Assembly (NCBI GenBank): GCA_964019335.1
Contig: OZ025754.1
Span: 220,816-284,815 of the forward strand
Length of the DNA: 64,000 nucleotides
Direction of reading: 5' to 3'
Source of the DNA: Diplonema japonicum
Taxonomy: Eukaryota > Protista > Euglenozoa: Diplonemea
Shown: piece after piece, positions 46,124 through 56,110 of the stretch
Layout: the number at the start of each line of letters is the position of its first letter
Numbering within the stretch: position 1 is the first letter of the stretch
The notes under the pieces: model-generated
The model's input: only the letters and a program-made list of their open reading frames with translations
Told to the model about the DNA's origin: nothing
Databases searched by the model: none
Made by a program: the position numbers and the translations under genes

Positions 46124-46697
46124 CATCAGGGTTCGAACCCCACTTGTGCCGTGTTTTTTCCACCGGAGCTGCTTCATTTTGTATAGTACAAAGTAAGGCA
46201 AATCACCAAAAAAAATTTTATTACAAAAAAAAATTCCATATGTCGAACATTGGGCCCCGGACGCAAATAAATCCATTCCAGCCCTAGAAAAAGCAATTAG
46301 AAATTTTTTTAGCTCTTCAAAATGCGAGTTCTGGTGGGTCACTTAGCGAATATGGAGCGTAAAAAAAAAACTCAGAAGCCAGCTAGGACCCCTATTTCTA
46401 GGGGATTGATTTTTTTTTTCTCTTCCCTACCTCGCCTTGTTTAGGGACTTGTAGTGTAACCCCATGGAAAACGTATGGTTTCCCCCTTTTATCCCAGTCT
46501 TTCCCTCGTGGCGGAGTAATTTCAGAGCGTGTGTGCGAAATAAAATGACTTACACGCCAAGTAATGCCATTAGTAACACCATAGAGGTTCCCGATTGTTG
46601 GTAAGCGCAAAACTTGCTTAAAGGGAAGGCTTGTCACACACCTCGACCCGGCTAAAGGTCTTGCAGAGTTTTGGAGATGTGCATCGCAAGAACTATT

Positions 46698-46744
<47 letters not shown>

Positions 46745-47294
46745 CCACTTCCTGGTGGGTTGGAAGTGTTGTTAACATAAAGGGGGGAAAAAAAGGGGGC
46801 GCGGGTAGGGGAGGAGGGGAGACACTTTAAATATGGGGCCGGACACGGAGGAGGAGCAGGAGGAGGAAGGAACCAGTTAGGGGGAGGCAAGTATAAGTTA
46901 AGCTAATACACTTCTTTCGTTTAACAGCCTTTCTGTTGTTCCACCAGGGGAAATATCTCAAGAAAAGAGGAGTGGTGAAATGCTTGAAGAAATGAAAAAT
47001 AACAACCAGAAAAAGCAGGATAAATTTAAGAAAAGAAACACATTTGGTACTCTTTTTTTCTTCTTTTCTTTCACACGGATCGTTTCATGTCTTCCTTCAT
47101 CGACTTTGCTACATCGGCAGCGTAAGTGCGTTGCTTGTGGTTTTCCTTCAACAGTTCGTGGTGCCCGGATTTCAGCTCGCTACGAGGGTGCCGTCATCTA
47201 TGGCTGTAGGGGTCTTGTCAGCATCCACACACTGATCAGTACTTCTTCTCTTGCCTCCTGAGCCCCTCCTACTTATTACAGTACACTCACTACT

Positions 47295-49171
47295 TTATCG
47301 CCGTAACTTTTCCAGCTCCTTGGGGAGAGGAAAGCTCTTGTTGGCTTTGACTGCCTGAAGGGAGGCGCACCCTTCCAAGAACCAATTGCCGATGCTGGTA
47401 ATATTGGAAAGCGGTGAGAGATCGACAGCCTGAAGGGAGGTGCACTCTTCCAAGAAGCTATCGCCGATGCTTGTGATGTTGGAAAGCGGTGAGAGATCGA
47501 CAGCCTGAAGGGAGCTGCACCCTTTCAAGAAGTCGTAGTCGATGCTGGTGATGTTGGAAAGCGGTGGTAAATTGACAGCCTGAAGGGAGGTGCACCCAAA
47601 CAAGAACCTCTTTCCGATGCTGGTGATGCTGGAAAGCGGCGCTAGATCGACAGCCTGAAGGGAGGTGCACCTTCCCAAGAAGCTAAAGCCGGTGCTGGTG
47701 ATGTTGGAAAGCGGTGTGAGATCGACAGCCTGAAGGGAGGTGCACCCAAACAAGAAGCTATCGCCGATGCTCGTGATGTTGGAAAGCTGTGCGAAATCGA
47801 CAGCCTGAAGGGAGGTGCACCAAGACAAGAAGCCATCGCCGATGGTGATAGACCCTGGCCCTGTCACGGTGGGCAGTGAGTCGAGAGAGAAGCTGAGTGA
47901 CCTCAGCCGACAAGAGGTCCTGTCTTTGTATTTGCTTGCCAGGAAGTTATCAGCGATGTTGCCCCGTACGCCCTTCAGCACCACGTGTACAAAGCCCATC
48001 ACAATGGGGACGTACCTCTCATCCACATGAACCAGGGAAGCCCCTGTGAAGTCAATCACCAAGATCGGTGGACGTTTCACCAGCTTATCAAGCAACTGAA
48101 GCTCGTCGTGCTTCACCACCACCTGCATCTTTCCCATCTTTCCCAAGAACCCCTCCATGCCTTCTTCCCACTCCACAACGAGGCCCTTCCTCTTCACTTC
48201 TTCCTCTTCCGAGGTGAGCTGGCTTCCATCCTTCAAGGCTGCAACAGGATGATGCTGATGCATCTTTCCCTCCTTGCCTTCTTCCCACTCCACCACCTGC
48301 ATCTTTCCCATCTTTCCCAAGAACCCATCCATGCCTTCTTCCCACTCCACAACGAGGCCCTTCCTCTTCACTTCTTCCTCTGAGGTGAGCTGGCTTCCAT
48401 CCTTCAAGGCTGCAACGGGATGCTGATGTTGGTTCGGATCGTGGTGGTGGTGGTGGTGGTCGATGTTGTTGTTCTTGTTGTTGGTGTGCTCAGAGAAGAC
48501 CTTCACCCGTCCCTTGTCTTGGAAGACAGTCTCGCTGTCGGCATCCACGAACAGATCGAAGTCGCTGCTGAAGACCTCCACCCTGCGAACCCGTCCCAGC
48601 CCGTCCTTTGCGAAGGCTTTCTCTGCCGCCACCCGAACCTCCTCCACACCCGACCCCACAGCCACAAGGAGGGGCCTCCTCCTCTCCTCACCACCGAAGT
48701 CCGCGAAGGCCAGAAGCATCATCATCATCGTTGTCGTCGTCGTCATCGCAGGTGGAGTCGTCAGCACAGACAGAACCTCAGAAGCGGTCGGGCGTTTCGA
48801 AGGGTCCTCGCAGAGGAGGCGCAGCAGCAGGGTCCCCACCGACTCCCCCATGAGCTTTGGGAGGCGCCATTCCAGCTCACCCATCACAAGGACCCGGTTC
48901 ATCTTCAGGTACTTCAGAAACCACTCCCTCAGCTTCTCATCCTCCAGGACGGCGAAGCACACGGTCACCCCGAGGGCCCACATGTCCACCTTGTTGGTGT
49001 ACGGACCTACAAAGTCGGGTCCCATGAAGGCGGGGGTTCCCACAACGCTGTCGGCGGTCGCTCCAGAAAAATTATGGATCATGCTGCTGCTGCTGCTGCT
49101 ACCACTTGCACCAACAACAGCCCTCGACAGTCCCAGGTCAGCCAGAACGAACCTCGTCTTCCCTTCAGAGG

Positions 49172-49208
<37 letters not shown>

Positions 49209-49655
49209 GCTGTTGCTGTCGTCCACCATGATGTTCTGAGGCTTCACGTCCCTGTGGATCCAACCCTTCCCGTGCAAGTAGGCCAGCGCCTCAGCCACCT
49301 CCCGCAAGAGCCTCACTGCCTTCTCTTGAGAGAGGGGTCCCTCCCTCTCCAGGAGCTTCTGCAGGTCCCCTCCAGTGTACAAGGGCATCACGATGTGGAG
49401 CTCCCACTGCGTCACCCCAGGAACCAGCTGCCCTGTCGTCCCGAAGTAGTCCACACACGGGACCACATTCCTGTGCTTCAGCTGCAGCATGTTCTCTACC
49501 TCCTTCACCCCCCTTGTGTAGTCCTCCTTCGTCGCCGCCTTCACAACCTTCATCGCAAACTCCTTCCCGTCAACCTCCCTCACAGCCATGTAAACAGACC
49601 CCTGGCCCCCTGACCCGAGGTGCTTCCCTTTCTTGTACTTCTCAAGGTTCTGCAT
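47295..49655 (-). CDS. Kinase-LRR paralog 3 (7 LRRs, duplicated linker module)
   Basis: Same kinase; HPVAALKDGSQLTSEEEVKRKGLVVEWEEGM module duplicated; seven LRR units. Confidence 0.9.
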
Positions 49656-51354
49656 TTTACGGTGTGTTCTTTTTTTTTTATTATTGTAAATCTCCACTGT
49701 GTGTTGAGAATGAAAAAAGCATAACTTGGAAGGAAACATGGAAACGAGCAAACGGGAATTCGAAGAAAAGGAGAGAGATCACAAGTTCAACGGAACGGGG
49801 AGGGATGTCAAGCATCTTGTAGAAATCTGCAACTTCGCGGTCAGTTTCTTGCTGATTGAGAATGGGGATTAACTTAGAGTGAGGTCATCCTACAGAAGGT
49901 GCGAAGGTTTTGCTCAACACAAGTTACAGATGATTGTAAAATCATTTTTTGAAGGGAAAAACACTGTTCATGGTAAGCAAATATCTTTAACCATTAAAGG
50001 ATGGGGGTTTTTGGGCAAAAAAAAGGTCACCATCGACTTTTTTATTTTCTAAAATTAAAACATCCTCGAGCATGCAACCATATAATGACGCTTGTGTAAA
50101 AGAAAATACATCACCCAGGAGGGACAAAAAACACCCCCAGACGCCCCTCAAAGGCCCTGGGAAGTGAATACAATAAGGATCTTTTTTTTTTTTTTTTTTT
50201 TTTTTTTTCACACTCAAAAGGGGTGCCAAAATGGGGCTGGACGGACGCAGATGCCTACAGGGGGTTTTGTAAGTTTGAAAACCGAAAATTCCGGATGCAA
50301 ATTTGGCTCCGCGGTGTTCTTGGTGTTCAGGCTCCCTGTCTGCCAGGGCTGGCCCACCATGGCTGTTTCACCGCCTTCTTTGGGGCCGTAGACTTTTGTT
50401 ATCTCCCTAAACTCCTTGGCGTCCGCCGTAAAATTGGTGATATTTTGATAAACAAGAGAGGTATGTATGGGGGAAAAGTGCATGCTCAGTGTTGGGGGGG
50501 GGGGGGGGGGGGGGTCCGGAATAGTGATTTTATCCGCCTCTTTTCACCCATGGGACGGAAAAGCCCCCGCCTTGCCGATCGCGATGGAAGACACGGTTTA
50601 TGGTTCCCATGCCCCACCGGATCGTCTTCTACTCCTCTTTTCACTTTTTTTTTTATTAGTAAATTAAAACTTCTTTAACAAGGCGGGAGAAAAAAAAAAT
50701 CTGGCATGCACAAAAAAGTGGTGATAAAGATTCGAGTTCGTGAATCACTTATCGATAGAGGAGAAAAAGGTCTCTTTCTTCTCTTTAATTTTTCTCTTTT
50801 TCAAACCTCCCTTTGATGATAAAATAAAAATTTAAAATTTGGTTGCCGTTCTCTTTCTTTATTTTTCCTTTTATTTTCTCGCGAACCTGATGCAAAATAT
50901 AATAAACTAGGGAGGAATGAATCTTTTCTTTTCTTTTCTTTTTTTTCGGGGGGGGCCAAGGAAGGGGGTTGGGTTGGGAGAAAGAAAATAAAGAAGAAAA
51001 GAAAAATAAAAAGAAAATAAAAGATATGAATTAAAGGGAGTCTTTGTGAGACGCCCTCTCGTACTCTTCGTCTACCTGCACCTTCCCCCTTTCTGCAGCG
51101 GTTTCTCCTCCGTTGGTGGTCTTGCCAGCCCGGCGTGAAAAAAGAAAAAAAAAAGAAAAAAATAGGGAAGGCTTCCATAGATCACCAGCTATGGAAGCCT
51201 GCCCGATAAACCCACCCGTCAGCAAACAAGCTGTAGAAGGAAAACTTCTAGTTAAGCCAAAAAGTGAAAGTAAATAAATAAGTATTAACTTAAAACCATC
51301 AGCAAGCAAACTGTAGAAGGAAAACTTCTAGTTAAACCATAAGATAAAAAATAA

Positions 51355-51382
51355 CACTCTATATTCGCTAAGTGACCCACCA
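51355..51382. mobile_element. Solo Sola-like terminal fragment
   Basis: ATATTCGCTAAGTGACCCACC matches the TIR of 42886-46373. Confidence 0.7.
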
Positions 51383-52446
51383 CAGTGATGGGTGAATCCT
51401 AATTAGGACTAATCCGGACTGGACCGGACCAGACCGGATCCGGTGTGAATTTCGACCCAATTATGCCAGACTGACTGGACTGGACCAGACCGGACCAGAC
51501 TGGACTGGACTGAACCAGACCGTACAAGATACAACCACAACACCACATCCCCCCCTTTTTTTTGCTGCAGAGTTCAAACATATAAACAGATGTCTACAAG
51601 AAAAGATGTTACACAGGTACTGAGAGACAACAACAACAACAATGAGAAACGAAGAAAAAAAAAAAAAAAAAAAAAAACTTTTATCTTCTTTTTCAGGTGG
51701 TGGGGATAACATGAAAATATAAGAAAAACATCAGATGTGTTGTTTGCTGTTGACCTCCATGTCATCACCAGTAGTGCCCAAGTGGGAGAACATAATGCAG
51801 ATGCTCAGGGTGATGAATTGGCAGCAAACTGCATGAGCACAGAATGTTGGTTGCCCTGGGTAACGAGGAAACATCAGATGTGTTGTTCACTGTTGACCTC
51901 CACGTCGGTCATCACTGGTAGCACCTGAGTGGAGGAACGTATTGCAGATGCTCTGGTGTTGAGCTGCACACTGCACACATTAAGGACACGACACGGAATA
52001 TTGTGCTGTCAGTGTTGTGGTGATATAGTCACCACTTTCAACCTTGATGATGCAAAGAGGAAAAAAAAAAAAAGGTAAGGAATTCCCTGTTCCACCAAGT
52101 TCTGGTTCCACTGGTTCCACCGTTCCACCAAGCTCCGACTTTTCAGTTTGGTGGAAGGGAACAACCATGGCTGGGGTTGAGCTGAACACTGCACACATTA
52201 AAGACACAACATGGAACACAGAAGAAGCTGTGGTGTACCCCCTGTAATCAAGTAGTCTTGTGCAGGTCCTTTAACTCATATATCTCTCACCATGGCCAGG
52301 TTGTAGCTTCTTCTGCATTCCATGTCGATCACCACAGCTGGGTTACATCCAAATACAACATTTCCAGACATATGTACACTGGAGTAGATAGGTGCAAATT
52401 GCTTGATGGAGCTGTGCATGTCTGTGGTACAAAGAAGAAGAAGAAG

Positions 52447-52482
<36 letters not shown>

Positions 52483-53076
52483 TGTCCAAAAATATTTGAA
52501 AAAAAAGTGTTTGCAGGTGTGTCAAAAATTGCAGAAAATTTTCGAGTCCAGTCAGTCTGGTCAGTCTGGCCAATCTGGTCAGTCTGGTCAGTCTGGTAAA
52601 TTGGGTACACCAGACTGGACCTGCTTAGGTGTGCAAAAAAATGTGAAGACAAGAAAAAAAGAAGGGAAAAAAAAAAAGGTAAACACATCATGTATGTCAA
52701 AAAAAATCAAGGATTTTTTTCTCTTTTTTTTTCCCCCATTTTTTTTTTTTTTTTTCCAAAGGGATGGGTTACATCCAAATACAACATTTCTGGACATATG
52801 TACATACCTGCAGCTGCAGTGCACTGGAGTAGATAGGTGCAAACTGCTTGATGGAGCTGTGCATGTCTGTGGTACAAAGAAGAAGAAGAAGAAAAAAAAA
52901 AAAAAAAAAAAAAAAAAATCGTTGTCCAAAAATATTTGAAAAAAAAGTGTTTGCAAATTGCAGAAAATTTTCGAGTCCAGTCAGTCTGGTCAGTCTGGCC
53001 AATCTGGTCAGTCCAGCCAATCTGGTCAGTCTGGTAAATTGGGTACACTGGACTGGACTGGATTCACCCATCACTG
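51383..53076. mobile_element. Non-autonomous hAT-like TIR element
   Basis: 17-bp TIR CAGTGATGGGTGAATCC / GGATTCACCCATCACTG, CTGGA/CCAGA subterminal repeats, internal duplication (~52340-52620 vs ~52765-53060). No TSD found. Confidence 0.7.
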
Positions 53077-54485
53077 GTTGCCATGTCATCTGCAAACAGT
53101 GATGTAATCAGTCCAGTGTCCACACCTGCTTTGTGCAATCTTGTTGCTATGTCATCCACATAGCAGATAAAAAGCAGTGGGGAGAGGACTGTCCCTTGTG
53201 GAACTCCTTCTTCTTTTTCATAGAAGTCGCCTCATTGGTGTTCCATGAGAGGTTAATTGTGTGGAGGAGGGCTGCTCTGGCCATTGGCCCTAATTGCAGC
53301 AGCATCTCGTTGTAGATGAGGTTGATTCCAGGGCTTTTGTGCGTCTTCAGTTGTGACATTGCATGTGCCAACTCATGCTCGTTAAATTTCATTTCCGATG
53401 CGCTTGTTGCCTCTGGCATCGTGTCTGTTGTTGCTTTCTCAGACTGCCCGTTACAGGTCTTACACACATCTGCATAATGTTTCCTGAGTACATTGGCTTG
53501 CTCCGTTGCTGCGAAGATCACTTTGTTGCCTTCAATCAGCTTGCAGCTCCTGTTCTTTCCTTCAACCCTCCCATCTATCACCTTGATGCAGCTGTAAATT
53601 CGTCCCAGCCCCTCCTGTGTCATCCCTTCCACCTCCTTCTTCCACAGTGCTTCCTTCCACTCATCCACTAGTTTTTGCACCTTCTCCCTTTGCTCCTTCA
53701 CCTTCTTGACCTCTTTGTCTGTCACCTCTTCCTTCTTCCTTGCTGTTGTCTGATCGCCTTGTTCCACTCTCTGATCGCCTCCCGGATCTCCTCCGACCAC
53801 CAACACTTGCTCCACTTCTGCTTCACGGCTTGCCACTTCTGTGGGATCGTCATCTTGGCTGCCTCCAGGATTGCAGCTGTCATTCTGTAGAGTGCCTCCT
53901 GTGCTTCATTGCACCGCAGCACCTTCTTTCCCTTCGTTTCCATGTATGCTGTGTACCTGACCCAGTCTGCTTTGTTCCAGCACCACACCTTTTTTCCTGT
54001 GCCTTGCTTTTGCATTGTGCCTTCATAAGGTACTTTGATCAGGATGGGTGTGTGGTCTGAGCCACAGTTTTCGAGTAGTTTCCAGCTTGCTGCTACTCCT
54101 TGTGGGGCAATTGCTATGTCTGGACTTGACCTCTGCTTTGCTTGGATTCGTGTTGGCTGCTTGGGGTTGTTCTGAATCCACATTCCTACCTCCGCCACCC
54201 ACTGGTATAAGAGTGTGCCACCGTGGTCTGGCTGTGCTTGCAGGTCCCAGGCTTCGTGGTGAAGGTTGAAGTCTCCCACCACATATGTGTTTGCTCCACA
54301 TGGCAGCTCTGTTGCCTCAAAATCATGTTGCCTGTCATCCTCTTTTGACTTTGTGAACGATGGTCTGTACACATTTGAGATTGTCAAGTCTGCTCCATTG
54401 CCTTGTTTCACTACTACATCGATCCACTCTGTCACTTTTCCTTTGTAGGTGACACCTTGTTTTGCGATCAGTGTGTCCTTGACCA
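53077..54485 (-). pseudogene. Degenerate APE-RT LINE fragment related to 1612-5366
   Basis: SNVYRP, GDFNLHH, SSPDI, GSDH, KSPG, internal deletion, then GVPQGTVLSP...LFADDMA cut by the hAT-like TIR. Confidence 0.85.
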
Positions 54486-54514
54486 GTGTTACAACTCTGC
54501 CTCCCTCGATGGGC

Positions 54515-54735
54515 TCACTTGGAGGGGTGTGAAAAACTGGAAACCATCAACTTGAATGCGATGACCAATCTTTCTTCCATTGGTCATAGCTTCTTGGAGG
54601 GGTGTGAAAAACTAGAAACAATTGACTTGAATGCGATGCCCAATCTTTCTTCCATTGGTGATAGCTTCTTGGAGGGGTGTAAACAACTAGAAACCATCAA
54701 CTTGAATGCGTTGACCAATCTTTCTTCCATTGCTG
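54515..54735 (+). pseudogene. Isolated BspA-type LRR fragment (3 units)
   Basis: LEGCEKLETINLNAMTNLSSIG-type unit three times, 75-bp period. Confidence 0.75.
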
Positions 54736-54959
54736 GGAAATCTTTAAAAAAGAAAAAAAGAAAAGTCGGTGTTGAGAAGAAGAAAAAAAAAAAAAGAAGG
54801 GGGAGAAGAAAAGGAGGAACATTTTGAAAAAAAAACACCCTGGTGCTGAGAAACATCTTTGTGGAAAAACCAATGGAAAGCAATCCAATACCTCGATGAC
54901 ACAGACCTGCCCCCTCTGCAGCTCCACAACAACCATCTAACCTGCTGAAGTAGCATGCT

Positions 54960-55075
54960 GATCAGAAGGCGGCTGACACTTGTGATTTAATCAGAATCCC
55001 GAGATCCCATCCTGATCCCCAAATAGAGAGTGTACCATCCTGTTTCTTGTGGAAACAGAGAACCCCTCCCCACCA
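54960..55075 (-). repeat. Diverged inverted copy of part of the 6770-7970 element
   Basis: ATCAGAAGGCGGCTGA...CAGAATCCCGAGATCCCATCC is the reverse complement of sequence in ~7560-7645. Confidence 0.65.
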
Positions 55076-55418
55076 CAGCAGTCGACCAATCAGGCACAGC
55101 AGTGTGAAAAAAAAAAGCCACAGGAAAAAAAAAAAAAAAAAAAGATGCAGCAGTGTGAAGCAACCCTCCAAAAAAAAAAACAAACAAACATTTCCCCACC
55201 CTGATAACGTTTCCGAAATATAGGGTCAGTGCTGGGGACCAGGACCAGATGTCCCCAACACTGACCCTATATTTACCCACTTTCCTCACTTCTACCTACA
55301 TTTTCTACCTAGCATTTTAATTAATAACAATAAATATTCACCCACATTATTCTCCTTTTTTCTTATATTCTTTTTGCTTTTTCGATTTGAACGTAGCATC
55401 AGCTAACTACAGGGTAAA

Positions 55419-56110
55419 ATGAGAGTTACTGTCTGTCTCATGATGTGCCTTGCTTTGGCAAGGGCAGATGTCCCTGTGGACTTGGTACACCAAGTACCTG
55501 ACTTCCAACCCACTCCCTTCAAGGTGTACTCTGGGTTCCTCACGGTAAAGGGCCCCTTCAACCTCACTGATTATGACGAGCTCAGGATCCACTATCAACT
55601 TGACTGCTCTCAGAGGTCAACTCAGGACCCAGTGGTTACATGGCACCAAGGTGGCCCTGGTGGCAGCTCTATGATCGGCGGGTGGACTGAGATGGGTTAC
55701 TTCCAGGTGGCAGACTCCGGTCCCTTTGTGAACCCCCATGCATGGAACAAGAGGGCTAACATGCTGTACCTCGAGTCCCCCGCCAGGTCTAACGACCCAA
55801 TTGGTTTCTCCACCTGCTCCAGGAGAGGCGAGATCCAGAGGACCTGCCAGTGGAACGACAGGTCGCAGGCCGAAGCCTACGCACACACTCTGACTGCCTT
55901 CTTCACCACATTCCCCGAATTCAAGAACAATGAACTGTATCTCACTGGTGAGTCCTACGCAGGGCAGTACATCCCCAATATAGCATACTACATCACCACT
56001 AACATGCCCACCGCCTTCAACCTTAAGGGCATTGCCGTCGGCAACGGATGCTGGGGTGGCACCGAGAACTCTGTCGTGTGCAACGGACCTCATGCCGAGC
56101 GCAACGATGG
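55419..56110 (+). pseudogene. Serine carboxypeptidase (S10) N-terminal half, interrupted by a retroelement
   Basis: Signal peptide, YSGFL, WHQGGPGGSS, LYLESP, TGESYAGQYIP and GIAVGNGC. Similarity stops at HAERND. Confidence 0.9.

Larger units (their letters stand above)
42886..46373 (+). mobile_element. Sola2-like DNA transposon
   Basis: TIRs GAG(T)nAAGCCCCATATTCGCTAAGTGACCC / GGGTCACTTAGCGAATATGGAGCGT(A)nCTC, GAG terminus, internal transposase. Confidence 0.85.

Noticed and set aside
49985-50700. Possible further MITE
   Set aside because: Could not pair convincing TIRs or a TSD.
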